Shown here: positions 1 to 12,165 of the stretch, piece after piece
How the letters are laid out: each line of letters opens with the position of its first letter
How positions within the stretch are numbered: the stretch's first letter is position 1
Assembly (NCBI GenBank): GCA_038087875.1
Contig: CM075987.1
Coordinates: forward strand, 25,236,001 to 25,300,000
DNA length: 64,000 nt
Direction of reading: 5' to 3'
Origin: Malacoraja senta
Lineage: Eukaryota
Position numbers and translations under genes: made by a program
The notes under the pieces: model-generated
The model's input: only the letters and a program-made list of their open reading frames with translations
Databases searched by the model: none
Told to the model about the DNA's origin: nothing

Positions 1-26
1 GGTAATGAATAGAAAGCAAAGAGTCA

Positions 27-584
27 AGGGCCTGTCCCACCAGCATGCGATTGCATGCATCTAGCGTGACCAAACGTGGTGGCTTGAGGCGTACGGCCTC
101 GCGGGGCCGGTCCCACTTCCAACCGCGGAGCCGTCTGGAGTTGTGCGGAGCTGGTCCCGACATCATACTCACCAATCAGCTGGGCAGGAGGCGGGCCGAC
201 TGAATTTGGACGTCGGGCGGTGACGTCATCGCGCAACAGCACGCCGGGCAGTGACGTCATCGCGCAATGCCACGCGCTAGGCGTACGCCATCAAGATGCT
301 GCATACGGCGTCAAGACGCTGCATACGATGTTGAGATGTTGCGTACGCCCGTCGAGGCGCTGCGTACGGCCTCAATGCGGCTGCGGGCCGACAGGCCGTT
401 GTCGCGCGGGATTTTCGGACAGTGCAAGATTTTTGGAGCCCCGCGCGATGTCGGGACCAGCCCCGCACAACTCCATACGCCTCCGGCGATCGAAGTGGGA
501 CCGGCCCCGCGAGGCCGTACGCCTCAAGCGACCACGTTTGTTCGCGCTAGACGCATGCTATCGCATGCTGGTGGGACAGGCCCT
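27..584. mobile_element. PIF/Harbinger-type MITE, family H1 (CpG-rich, ~140-bp imperfect TIRs)
   Basis: Starts AGGGCCTGTCCCAC, ends GTGGGACAGGCCCT; inverted complementarity extends ~140 bp; 3-bp TSD TCA at 24-26 and 585-587. Confidence 0.88.
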
Positions 585-799
585 TCAGAGTCATCTTCAT
601 GTTGGCAAACTTTCACTAGTTGGGTACCTCAAGATCAGTGCTGGGCCTCTGCCGTTCACAAACTATAGTGGTAACTAAGATGGAGAGAATGAACATATTG
701 TGTCAAAGTGTGGTGATGAAACAAAGCTACACTTGTCACGATACCAACTGTTTGCAAGGAGTTACAATTCCGTTGTGTGAGAGCACTTGAAATTAGCCA

Positions 800-1130
800 G
801 AGGTGTATAACGCAAGGAGATCCAAGGTTAGCTATTTTATTTGTAAAGCCAGAAAGGAGAGTCTTTATTACCTGAATGTTGTGAGACAATTGCATGTTGG
901 TGTTCAGATCCATTCATGTGCAAGAAAGAAGCATGCAGATGCAACCAGTAGTACAAACGTCAAATGTGGTGTTGACGTATATTACAGGGTCGGGAACACA
1001 AGAATAGAGATGTCTTGCAACAATCCAGGTGACACAATACTTGGAGCACAACTTTGGAACTCCCTGTTGAAGGAAAGAAGTACTTGCCTCAGAGATTGTT
1101 CAGCAGATGCTTACCCAATTGAGGGTCTTG
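800..1130 (+). mobile_element. Highly degenerate CR1-type LINE RT fragment
   Basis: Residual similarity to the CR1 RT region preceding PHLEYC (YN..K....F.....YYLN..RL); heavily mutated. Confidence 0.4.
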
Positions 1131-1164
1131 GATATTGGCTGTCTTTTTTGAGGCATTTATGCTT

Positions 1165-1770
1165 GCATACAAAAGCAGGGATGTAACGCTGAGGCTCTAT
1201 AAGGTCAGGCCGCATTTGGAATATTGTGAGCAATTTTGGGCACCGTATCTGAGGAAGGATGTGTTGGCTCTGGAGAGGGTCCAGAGGAGGTTTACGAGAA
1301 TGATCCCAGGAATGAGTGGGTTAGCATATGAAGCGCGTTTTATCGGCACTGCGTCTCTACTCGCTGGAGTTTAGAAGGATGAGGGGGAACCTCATTGAAA
1401 CTTACAGAATAGTGAAAGGCTGGGATAGAGTGGATGTGGAGAGGATGTTTCCACTAGTGGGGGAGTCCAGGACTAGAGGTGATAGCCTCAAAATTAAAGG
1501 GCATTCTTTTAGGAAGGAGATGAGGAGAAATTTCTTTGGACAGAGGGTGGTGAATCTGCGGAATTCTTTGCCACAGAAGGCTGTGGAGGCCAAGTTAGTG
1601 GATATTTTCAAGGCAGAGATAGATAGAATTAGGATTAGTACGGGTGTCAGAGGTTATGGGGAGAAGGCAGGAGAATGGGTTTAGGAGGGACAGATACATC
1701 AGCCATGATTGAATGGTGGGGTAGACTTGATGGTCCGAATGGCCTAATTCTGCTCCTTTGACCTTATGAA
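1165..1770 (+). mobile_element. CR1/HER1 LINE 3' fragment
   Basis: Translates RPHLEYCEQFWAPYLRKD..LERVQRRFTRMIPG and [31 protein letters not shown]; frameshifted; typical 3' UTR. Confidence 0.92.
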
Positions 1771-2104
1771 CATCTTTGATGGTGTGGAGGTCGGAGCCTT
1801 CAATGGACTGGGCAATAACCACCACCTGTCATCCCCTCTGTCCATTTGTTACTGTAAGAACACAAGAAATAGATGCAGTAGTGGACCACATAGCTCTGAA
1901 GACTGCCCAACCATTGAATTAAATCTTGGTTAATAGAACTTTGGCCTCAGCTCAGTTTTGCTATCCAATCTGTGCATCCTTTTAACATTGCGTTATTCGT
2001 TTTCTTTTTCTCGACCCCCTGGATTTAATGAATGCACGGTGATTTTTGGCAGACCCTGTTTGGTATAAAATGCCAATGAGATTTGCGATCTTAGCTGGAG
2101 ATTT

Positions 2105-2460
2105 AGTCATAGAGTCATACAGCATGGAAACAGGCCCTGCGGCCTAACTTGCCCACATGGACCAACGTGTCCCAGCTACGTTAGTCCCACCTGCCTGCTT
2201 TTGCCCCCATATCCCTCTAAATCTACTCTGTACATGTACCTGTCTATAGGTTGCAATAGTACTGCCTCAACTACTTCCACCGGAAGTTTGTTCCATACAC
2301 CCACCACCCTTTGTATAAAAAAAAAAGTTACCCCTTCGGTTCCCATTAAATCTTTCCCCCCCCTCACCTTAAACCTCTGACCTCTGGTTCTCAATTCCCC
2401 TACACTGGGCGATTCTATGATTTTGCACACCTCTATAAGATTACCCCTCATCCTCCTGCG
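2105..2460 (-). mobile_element. CR1/HER1 LINE 3' fragment (second subfamily, TCTATGAC tail)
   Basis: MRGNLIEV..RTRG..RVVGVWNKLP motif; tail resembles HE1 SINE tail. Confidence 0.85.
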
Positions 2461-2589
2461 CTTAAGTTCTTTGATTGGACTTCAGCCAACAGTTAAATCT
2501 TCATGGATAAGTGCAGCAAACTTTCTGTCCTCACTTTTAGTGCAGGTTATAATAAACTAGTTGGTCCATCAAACTAACTTACTGATTGA

Positions 2590-2830
2590 AATCTGTATCT
2601 GTATCTTGACGTACAATCACCATCACTGGTTGTCGCGTACGTTAGGAGGGTCATGTGTAAAGTCGCAATTCAATATTAAAGTGGGCCTTAGAAGCCAGCG
2701 TCTCAATGTCGATTGTTTGCAGCTTGGTCTTGTAGGTCTTGACGTTGGATGCAGTGCGAATGTAACGGTGGCGATGATTCCATTGGCGAATTGTCTTTGG
2801 GTACCGTGAATACCTATAGCAGTCTTTATA
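2590..2830 (-). mobile_element. L2/CR1-superclade LINE 3' fragment
   Basis: Minus strand encodes YPKTIRQWN....IRTASNVKTYKTKL (cf. FFPRTIREWNSLP...FK..L RT C-terminus), followed by an (AGATAC)n tail. Confidence 0.6.
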
Positions 2831-3007
2831 TGCTTGGATGATGTTGTATTAGAAAGCAGAAAACACTACAAATAATTAGCAGGTTAGTTGGCATCTGTGG
2901 AGAGATGATCAGATTTGATGAAAGGCCCAGTGCCATTTCTTCTCTCCAGAGATGCTGCCTGTCCCGCTGAGTTACTCCAGCTTTTTGTGCCTCTCCAGTG
3001 ACATTAA

Positions 3008-3601
3008 AGGCTCTGTCTTACCTGTTTGCGGTCATCGGCGGTGAAGCGCGGCGTCGCCGGTAGCGAGGACCGCGCGGCAACGGCGAGAGCGGCGAGCCTA
3101 TCCACCGGAGCGCCGCACGGATGCGGCGCGGGGGCCGAGTTAATTCAAACACGGCGGGTCCCACGTGCTTGCGGTAAGTTAAAAAAAGGGCGGGCCGACT
3201 GCGATGACGTCGGCCCGCCGCACGTGACTCACCAGCGGCGGCCATCCTGATCGCGGAGGCTGTAGCGGTGGCTGTGCCTGCGGCCGTGCAGCACACGTGC
3301 CTCACTGGCGGAGGCACGTGCATCACTGGCGGAGGCTGTGGCAGTGGAGGTTTGACGCACGGCGCTTGAGCCACACTGGCGGCGGCCCGTGCGGGCGGCC
3401 GTGCCGCACTTGTGCATCACTGGTGGAAGTTGTGCGGTGAGTATATAGTTTTCGACATTGTCGATTTTATTTTAGCACCGTGCGGTGTTGGGAACACCGC
3501 CGCACGGCCCGGGAATTGTACGTTCTCACGAGTGCGCGGTCTATGGCGGCAGATTCTTACCGTTTCGCCGCCAATGACCGCAGACTCGTGAGATAGGCCT
3601 T
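3008..3601. mobile_element. PIF/Harbinger-type MITE, family H2 (GC-rich), copy 1
   Basis: Imperfect TIRs AGGCTCTGTCTTAC...GTGAGATAGGCCTT; TSD TAA (3005-3007, 3602-3604); near-identical inverted copy at 56699-57302. Confidence 0.85.
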
Positions 3602-3951
3602 TAACTTTGTTTCTCTCTCCATAGGTGCTTCCCGCCTTGCCGAGTGTATTTAACATTCTCGCCTTTTATCTCGGGTTCCCAACATCTGCAGCTGCGTTTT
3701 GCTTCATTTATAAACTGGACATTTATATTGCACCCTTTTCCTTGTCTTCATTCTGGGAAGATAATCAAATTTCTTCTACTGATAGCGTATGATTCCACTC
3801 CATCATTTGTACATTTTGTGGTTTAAACTAAGGATAAGATTGAATGCGATGCTTCACTGGCTCCATAACAGACAAGAGCTCTTGTGGAAGATAGGAATAC
3901 TAACAGCAGAATCAAAATAGTGAGAGTGGTGGACTCAGCCTGGTCCATCAC

Positions 3952-4310
3952 TTGGGTTGCCAACTTTCTCACTCCCAAATAAGGGAGAAAAGGTCAAAAT
4001 AAGGGACAAATTCCCGACGGCAATTCGTTGACCGACTCAGCCGAGGCTTGGTGAATAATGAGTTGGCCCAGGTGCTGGACCGCACACAAAGCTCAGCCGG
4101 CGGGCCAGCTGAGGTGTTTTGGCCCGCGCAACATCGCGCGCAAAGTCCGGCACCCCGTCCAACTCATGAACCGATGATCGGCCATGAGAAGGAGGGGTGG
4201 TGGTGGTGTCGGCGGCAAGCGAAGGGGCGAAGGTTGGACAGCTGGCCGGGCTGCCGACCGACGGGGCCACGGGCGAGGTGCTGCTGCTGCTGCTGCACTC
4301 CATGAGCAGA
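3952..4310 (+). mobile_element. Probable truncated hAT-like non-autonomous element
   Basis: Begins TTGGGTTGCCAAC with repeated AAATAAGGGA subterminal motif, GC-rich body; no second TIR found. Confidence 0.4.
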
Positions 4311-4676
4311 AGGGAAATCAACATAAAAGATTACCGAACACTCTTCTTAGGAAGAAGAGATTTCCTGGTTATTCCCGGGTTTTTTTTGACAAAGGAAGAC
4401 ACCAAGTGCTGGAGTAACTCAGCGGGGCTAAGGCAGCATCCTTGGGGGAGTGACATTTTGGGCCAGGACCCTTCTTCAGTCTGACCTGTGCTTACTAACC
4501 AGTACTCATGGAGTCATACAGTGCGGAAATAGGCCCACCTTTCCCACACCGACTAACATCGGACCCGAAACGTCACCCATTCCTTCTCTCCAGAGATGCT
4601 GCCTGTCCCGCTGAGTTACTCCAGCATTTTGTGTCTATCTTCGGTTTAAACCTGCACCTGCAGTTCCTTCCTACAC

Positions 4677-4953
4677 AGCGGTAGAGTTGCTGCCTTGCAG
4701 TGCCAGAGACCCGGGTTCAATCCTGACTACGGGTGCTGTCTGTACGGATTTTGTATGTTCTCCCTGTGACCGTGTGGGTTTTCTCCGGGTGCTCTGGTTT
4801 CCTCCCACTCCAAAGACGTAGAAGTTTGTAGGCTAATTGGCTTGGTAAAATTCCCCCCCCCGTGTGTAGAAGAGTACTAGTGTACGGGGATCCCTGGTCG
4901 GCACAGACTTGGTAGGCCGAAGGGCCTGTTTCCGCACTGTATCTGCAAACTAA
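4677..4953 (+). mobile_element. HE1 (V-SINE) tRNA-derived SINE
   Basis: tRNA-like head CAGCGGTAGAG...GGTTCAATCC, V-domain, HER1-like tail GGCCGAAGGGCCTGTTTCC. Confidence 0.85.
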
Positions 4954-5159
4954 ACATGTCCCACCAACACTAGACCCACCTGCCTGTGTTTGCCCCATAT
5001 CCCGCTAACTCTATCCTACCAATGCACCTGTCTAAATCGTTGCGATAGTCCCTGCCTCAACTACCAACTCCGGCAGCTCGTTCCATGCACCCACCACCCT
5101 TTGTGTAAAAGTCAGTATTGGTGAATAGGCACAGAAATGATCATGGGTAAAGTGAAAGA

Positions 5160-5320
5160 TTTTACAGCACCATTTGCATTCCTTTCAGGACATGCAAACG
5201 TTCTTTGCAGCTAATCATGTCCCTTTGAACTGCAGTCATCGCAACAGTTTAGGAAACAAGCCTGTCAATTCATATTAAAAGGCTCCTGCAATCAACAAGA
5301 TATCATGATCAAAAATCATT
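5160..5320 (-). mobile_element. Old Deu-SINE/L2-tail SINE 3' part
   Basis: Degenerate resemblance to the reverse complement of SacSINE1/AmnSINE1-type 3' region (recalled consensus). Confidence 0.4.
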
Positions 5321-5816
5321 GAGTTATTGTCATGTTGATTCCATCCGAGTTCCTCCCATGTGTCAAGAACATTGGCCATTGTACATCAAAGCTATTGTTT
5401 GAGCGATGGGTATTATTGGGGAGCGGGGGTGGGGGAGTTGATGGGACAGTGGGGAGCGGGTTCATAAGGTCTAGGAGCAGAATTCGGCCATTTGACCCAT
5501 CAAGTCTACTCCGCCATTCAATCATGTCTGATCTATCTCTCCCTCTCAACCCCATTCTCCTGCCTTCTCCCCATAACCCCTGACACCCATACTAATCAAG
5601 AATCTGTCAATCTCTACCCTAAGAATATCCATTGACTTGGCATCCACCGCCTTCTGCGGCAATGAATTCCACCCTCTGACTAAAGAAATTCCTCCTCATC
5701 TCCTTTATGTCCTTGATGGGACTGTGGGTGTGAAGGCAGTTGATGGGACTGAGGGAAGAATACATTGGGAAGCGTGTAAATGGGTTCATGGTGATCAACA
5801 CAGACCCACTGAGGCC

Positions 5817-6102
5817 AGTTTCGTTTAGAGATACAGCGCGGAAACAGGCCCTTCGGCCCACGATGTCCGTGCCGACCAGCGATCCCTGCATCCCTAACGC
5901 TATCCAACAAACACCAGGAACAATTTACATTTATACCGAGCCAATTAACCTGCTAACCAGCACGTCTTTGGAGTGTAGGAGGAAACCGAAGAAAACCCAC
6001 ACAGGTCACGGGGAGAACGTACAAACTCCGTACAGACAGCTCCCGTAGTCGGGATCGAACTGGGTCTCTGGCGCTGTAAGGCAGCAACTCTACCGCTGCA
6101 CC
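5817..6102 (-). mobile_element. HE1 SINE
   Basis: Full-length reverse-complement match to other HE1 copies in window. Confidence 0.85.
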
Positions 6103-6224
6103 AATGGGCAGTTTCTACTTTTGGGACTTGTTAATGTTTAAACCTGCTTTTGGAAGTCTGAGCTTTAAGAATGTATGGAGGCCACCTATTTCGGATGTTG
6201 CATTCGCGGAATAAAACTTCTGGC

Positions 6225-6600
6225 TCATTGAAACATACAGAATAGTGAAAGGCTTGGATAGAGTGGATGTGGGGAGGAGCGGGAGAGTATAAAACTAGAG
6301 GTCATTGCCTCAGAATTAAAGGACGTTCTTTTTGGAAGGAGATGAGGAGAAATCTCTTTGGTCAGGTGGTGAATCTGTGGAATTCATTGCCACAGAAGGC
6401 TGTAGAGGCCATGTCAATGGATATTTTCAAGGCAGAGGTAGATAGATTCTTGATTAGTACAGGTGTCTGAGGTTATGGGGAGAAGGCAGGAGAATGGGGT
6501 TAGGAGGGAGAGATAGATCAGCCATGAATGAATGGCCGACTAGACTTGCTGGGTCGAATATCCTAATTCTACTCCTATTCCTTATGACCTTATGACCTTT
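6225..6600 (+). mobile_element. CR1/HER1 LINE 3' fragment
   Basis: KTRGH.LRIKGRSF.KEMRRN..VVNLWNSLPQKAVEA; (CTTATGAC)n tail. Confidence 0.88.
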
Positions 6601-7805
6601 ATTGTGGCCCTGAAACCTTATAAACTGTCACCTTGCAATAATCCTTGACATAGGCGAGCCTCAAATAGAAGTCAGACAGGGGTAGACGCTTACCTCAGGC
6701 AAAGTTTGTGGAGAAAGACGGAGGAAGTGACTTGGAATGGAATTCATTTGAACAATTCAAGGTTATAGCTATTGAAGAAATATCCCCAATTAAAACTGAA
6801 ACTATTACACCTAATGGCATTGACGAAACCATATCACAATATCATAAAATGTTCCTAGTAACAAGAACGCTAATATAAATGCCACCATCAATGAATAGTG
6901 ATTTATTTAATGTGTGCAAAGTTCAAACTGCTAAATCCAGTATTTTGCCCTGTGAATTCATGATGCTCTCTATTTTATGAGTACCCATTGGGGAATTTGA
7001 TAACCATTTTGGACAAAAAAAAAGTAGTTTAATTTTGAGATACAGCGTGGAAACAGGCCATTCGGCCCATCAAGTCCTCGCCGACCAGCGATCACCCAGT
7101 AAACTAACCCTATCCGACACTAGGGGCAATTTGCAATTTTTACAAAAGTAATTTAACCAACAAACCTGCACGTCTTTGGAGAGTGGGAGGAAAGCGGAGA
7201 AAACCCACGCAGGTCACTGGGAGATCGTACAAACTCCGTACAGACAGCACCCGTAGTCGGGATCGAACCCGGGTCTCTGGCGCTGTAAGACAGCCACTCT
7301 GTAGGTGCAGGTTTAAACCGAAGATAGACACAAAATGCTGGAGTAACTCAGCGGGACACGCAGCATCCCTGGAGAGAAGGAATGGGTGCCGTTTCGGGTC
7401 GAGACCCTTCTTCAGACTCTATCCTTGTGCTGCCCAAGAATATATTGTGCAGAGTACATCGTGCCACAATATTAAGAGCTATTTTTTTCTCAAAAGTAGC
7501 TTGAAAGTTAAAAAGGTCAAACGTGGTTCTGTTAAGGGTGTGAGTATTCGTGGTCTGACAGTGTGTTGGAACAGCTGCAGTTGACTTGGATGTGGGGCAG
7601 AGTGAGCCAGAGGATTCGGATACTAGTTTGCTGCCAATTACTGGCATCGGTGTCGGCATTGGTGCCAACATGACAGAACCCCCGAGGAGAGACAGCACTG
7701 ATACTGAATGTAAGATGAGGTTGATTTATCATGGCAGGCAGCGGATTGAATCATGTCCAGTTTCAGATAACTACGTCCTCCATCATCACTTCACGCGGCA
7801 TAACA

Positions 7806-8474
7806 CTTAGTTTAGTTTAGAGATCCAGAGTGGAAACTGGCCCTTCTGCCCACCGAGTCCGCACCGACCAGCGATCCCCGCACACTACCACTATCCTACA
7901 CACACTTCTTCTTCTGTCGTATGTCTTTTAGACCTGCAGCTCCGTTGAGGCGAGCCAGGCCAACGTGTCATCGTCCAGGTCAATCAGACCTTGTTCACCA
8001 TTTGGTGGCCGGTGTTTGGGGCAACTGGTGACTATGTCTGTGTTGGGTCCCCACACTCGCAGGAGGCACTCGCTGTACACGAGGCCCCACCTCTTCATCG
8101 CTACTCCATAACGTCCGATGCCTGTCCTCAAGCGGTTGAGGGTTGTCCACTGCTTTCGGGGCAGGTCCTGGCCTGGGACGTCCATGAGGTCATCGATGTA
8201 ATGGTGTAGCCTAGATGGTTCCGCTGACTTCCACTGGTCTCTCCATCTTGTCTTGACACACACGAGGGACAATTTACACATACACCAAGCCAATTAACCT
8301 ACAATAGTGCACGTCTTCGGAGTGTGGGAGGAAATTGAAGATCTCAGAGAGAAACCCACACAGGTCACGGGGAGAACGTAGAAACTCCGTACAGTCAGCA
8401 CCCGTAATGGGGATCGGACCCGGGTCTCCGGCGCTGTAAGGCAGCAACTCTGCCGCTGCGCCACCGTGCCGCCC
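7806..8474 (-). mobile_element. HE1 SINE interrupted by an RTE-X fragment
   Basis: SINE 3' half 7806-7905 and 5' half 8256-8474; ACACACAC duplicated around the insert. Confidence 0.85.
7906..8255 (-). mobile_element. RTE-X-like LINE 3' fragment with (GAA)n tail
   Basis: Encodes W..QW..A..........PGQDLPRKQWTTLNRLRTGIGRY...MKRWG and zinc-knuckle remnant IVTSCP; ends CATACGACAGAAGAAGAAG; TSD ACACACAC 7898-7905/8256-8263. Confidence 0.8.
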
Positions 8475-8580
8475 TTAATTGTGAAAGTCGCCCTTAATGA
8501 GCAAGGACTGCACTTGACCCTCCCTTGAATGAATGGATGTGTTGAATGGGTACCACATGAAGAGGTCTGGCAATAGACTT

Positions 8581-8724
8581 CTTCTTCTTCTTCTTCTTCT
8601 TCTTGCGTATGGCGTGCACAGCCTAAAGTTGTAGGACAACTTGTTCTATTTGATCTTATTTGATTGTGCACGCCAGGTTGATTGCATTCGTCGAAACAGG
8701 GTGAAGGTTGCAATCTTCCACCCC
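8581..8724 (-). mobile_element. Short non-autonomous retroelement family A (HDV-ribozyme head, hairpin body, (GAA)n tail), copy 1
   Basis: 11-bp TSD GCAATAGACTT (8570-8580, 8725-8735); homologous copies at 32738 and 48034; no tRNA A/B boxes. Confidence 0.88.
8680..8724 (-). ncRNA. HDV-like ribozyme remnant (internal ~9-nt deletion)
   Basis: GGGGTGG-AA-GATTGCA-ACC-TTCAC[del]CCT-GT-TTCGA-CGAA-TGCAATC; P2 perfect; G1 abuts the TSD. Confidence 0.65.
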
Positions 8725-9449
8725 GCAATAGACTTGCCTTTAGTTGTTTGTGAGAGCATATTTTAATGCAGGAGAGAAAAAAAAATGTTTTTGTCTTTCC
8801 TTTGTAAAAATAATCTGGCAAATTTGCAGCAGCGATGACTGTAGTTCCCAGATGATCCCGCCATTCCCAAATGCCAGCACTCAGCATGGATATGCAATGT
8901 TTATCCAATTAATGTTGCTTCCTAGCAACTAGTCATGTGTCCTTGTACTGAAACATCTTGCTGAATTACTCCTTAGATATTGTCTCAAACAGGATGATAA
9001 CTTATTGCTATAAATAAAGTAGTGGTATTAAGATCTGCATGGGCAGCCGTTTATCTAAAATGTTTTATTTATTCCTGCAGTGTTTCAAGCGATACAAATT
9101 ACAAATCACTGGACAGAAATTAAAACTGTTCCAACCCATATTTCAGTTTTGAAGGAAAACTTTGAAAATTTCAACATAATATTTCAGACAAATTTCAAAG
9201 ACATGCCGTCTTTTCTAAGAGAAGTTCACAAGTTCAGAAGCGGTTGGAGCAGAATGAGGCCATTCGGCCCATCAAGTCTACTCCGCCATTCAATCATGGC
9301 TGATCTATCTCTCCCGCCTAACCACATTCTCCTGCCTTCTCTCCATAACCCCTGACACCCGTACTAATCAAGAATCTACCCATCTCTGCCTTAAAGGTAT
9401 CCATCGACTTGGCCTCCACAGCCTTCTGTGGCAATGAATTCCACAGATT

Positions 9450-9950
9450 CATAGAAACATAGAAACATAGAAAATAGGCGTAGGAGTAGACCATTCGGCC
9501 CCTTCGAGCCAGCACCGCCATTCAATATGATCATGGTTTTTGCACATATCCCTTGATTCCATCAGCCCTAAGAGCTTTATCTAACTCTCTCTTGAAAACA
9601 TCCAGTGAGTTGGCCTCCCCTATGGCAGAGAATTCCACAGATTCACAACTCTCTGGGTGAAAATGGCCTCCCCCTTATTCTTAAACTGTGACCCCTGGTT
9701 CTGGACTCCCCTAACATCGGGACCATTTTTTCCTGCATCTAGCCTGTCCATTCCCTTAATAATTTTATATGTTTCTATAAGATCCCCTCTCATCCTCCTA
9801 AATTCCAGTGAATATAAGCCCAGTCGATCCATTCTTTCATCATATGTCAGTCCCGCCATCCCAGGAATTAACCCGGTGAACCTACGCTGCACTCTTTCAA
9901 TAGCAAGAACGTCCTTCCACAAATTAGGAGACCAAAATTGCACACAATAC
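9450..9950 (-). mobile_element. CR1/HER1 LINE 3' fragment ((TTTCTATG)n tail)
   Basis: [46 protein letters not shown]. Confidence 0.9.
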
Positions 9951-11127
9951 CTTCACCACCATCTGAAACTGTTTTTGTGTTTTATTTAGCAAGAGCAGAT
10001 CCTCGATCTGCAACTTGATTTGCAATGCCAGCTCTGACAAGACAGGCTAGACTTCAAACGCCTGGGGGATTTTGACCTGAGCTCACCTCAAAGAAATACT
10101 TTGACAACCACACTGCAGGCTGAACCATCTGTCCAAAAGTTTGAACGTTTGTGAACATGCCTGACAGAAAAACAATTTGAAAATTATCAAATGTTCATTT
10201 AAAAAAAATTCAAGGCACTTCAGCTGCTCAAAGACATTCAGGGGGAATTAAAGACGCAAAGCAAAGAAAGACACAAAATGCTGGAGTAACTCAGTGGGCC
10301 AGACAGCATCTCTGGAGAGAAGGAATGGATGACGTTTCGGGTCGAGTCCCTTCTTCAGACCGGGAGATATAGACGGTGATATAGAGAGAAATAGAACAAA
10401 TGAATGAAAGATATGCAAAAAAGTAACGATGATAAAGGAAACACGCAATGGTTAGTTGTGGGCCCGGCGGCGATAGTGGAGAGGTCGTTGCGGCGGTCGA
10501 AGTTGGCGCCGGCTGACGGACGAGGACGGACCACGTGGAAGTGAGGACGTCGCTGCCGTGGGAAGGAACAAAGGAGGACCCATCGTGGGGGGACCGTCGT
10601 GAGGGAGGGGGCGGGGGAACAAAGGGGGAACAAGCGCGGGGGGGTGGGGTATTTTGTAACTTTCTAAACGCCCTTTATGGGTGACTATATGCATACCTTG
10701 GGTATACAAGCAAAGAATTTCACTGTGACTTCATTACAATTGTGTACTCAATTCAATTTTCCGGAGATGCTGCCTGACACGCTGAGTTGCCCCAGCATTT
10801 TGAGTCTATCGTAAATGTATTTCTTCTCACTTCGGGAAATCTTGTACTTCCTGTGAATGACTATGTGACCTAACACTTGCACAAACCTGGGATAGCCCGT
10901 TTTCTGGTGCGTAATGGCAGCGTTAGGTAATTAATGTCCTGGTGATTCCTGTTGCTGCTATATCCTCATGCTGCATCTAATAGACGAATCACGCCCATGC
11001 AGGCAATATATTACAATCCACAACCCCAGTGGATTAATTTTCTTGAGGTAAAGACTTAGATATGAATCCAGTGTGGGAGGTCCAAGTCAAACAGCGCCAA
11101 ATTGCAGAAATAGATATTTAATAAGTC

Positions 11128-11781
11128 TGTGTAGGAAGGAACTGCAGATGCTGGCTTACACCGAAGATAGACACAAAATTTTGGAGTAACTCAGCAGGAC
11201 AGGCAGCATCTCTGGAGAGAAGGAATGGGTGATGTTTCGGGTCGAGACCCTTCTTCAGACTGAGAGTCAGGGGAGAGGTAGACTGAGAGATATGGAACGG
11301 TAATGTGTGAAAACGAGAGATCAAAGGAGGAGGAAGATCATGGAAAATGTAGGTCATTGTTAGCTCGGGGAAGTTGACAACGAGGCTTATAAATATAATA
11401 TTTAATCAGGAGGACAGCCAAAATCAGAGGTAACTCTGCGGGACAGGCAGCATCTCTGGATAGGAGGAATGGGTGACATTTCGGGTCGAGACCCTTCTTC
11501 AGACTGATGTCGGGGGGGGGGGGGGGGGGAAGGGAGAAACATAGATAAGGACGTGTGAGGTGTGAAAGCAGGACAAAGGGAATGGAGATCAAGGAAGCTG
11601 TAGAATAGATCATTGTTAGCGGGGAGAAGGTAACAATAAAGCAAACAGAGAAAATATGGTCGGAGACAGTCAGACTGGTCGGAGAACTGGGAAGGGGGAG
11701 GGATGGAGAGAGAGGGAAAGCAAGGGCTACTTGAAGTTAGAGAAATCAATATTCATACCACTGGGGTGTAAACTGCCCAAG
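11128..11781 (-). mobile_element. Penelope-like element 3' fragment with tandem pseudo-LTRs
   Basis: Minus strand encodes LGSLHPSGMNIDFSNFK* (GIY-YIG C-terminus as at 38396-38980), followed by two pLTR copies each with CTGAAGA..GAAA motif. Confidence 0.85.
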
Positions 11782-12165
11782 TGTCCGTGAATGGTGGAAA
11801 TTGCATATTATGTATCTGTACACCATGGATGGTTCGATTGTAATCATGTATTGTCTTTCCACTGACAGATTAGCACTCAACCAAAACTTTTCACTGTACC
11901 TAGGTACACGTGCCAATAAACCAAACTAAACTAAATATGAAGTAGAAACAAACTGCTAACTCTAAGTACTCAGTTGATCTATAAGCCTGTGTGGAAAACC
12001 CATGTTAACATTGTAGACCGCTGACCTTGAAAGTTCATCCATTTCAAACAAACTATCTTTCTCTTCCCCAATATTCACTCCTTGTTTGCCACCTGGCTAT
12101 AATAGAAATAATGTACCGAGGTATGTTCGTGCGCAAGCCCATAACTCTCTGAACGTGACACATGT

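Noticed and set aside
24..678. Overlapping GC-rich ORFs (also 3018-3656, 14525-15087, 40043-40581, 50826-51180, 56709-57292)
   Set aside because: Lie inside GC-rich MITEs/non-autonomous repeats; stop-poor by composition, no recognisable domains
7532..7810. Possible exon in unique sequence
   Set aside because: Open frames on both strands, weak splice signals, no recognisable protein
10505..10560. ACT-TCCACGT-GGT on the minus strand resembling HDV P3/L3
   Set aside because: No P1 5' strand, P2 pairing or CNAA J4/2 at the required spacing
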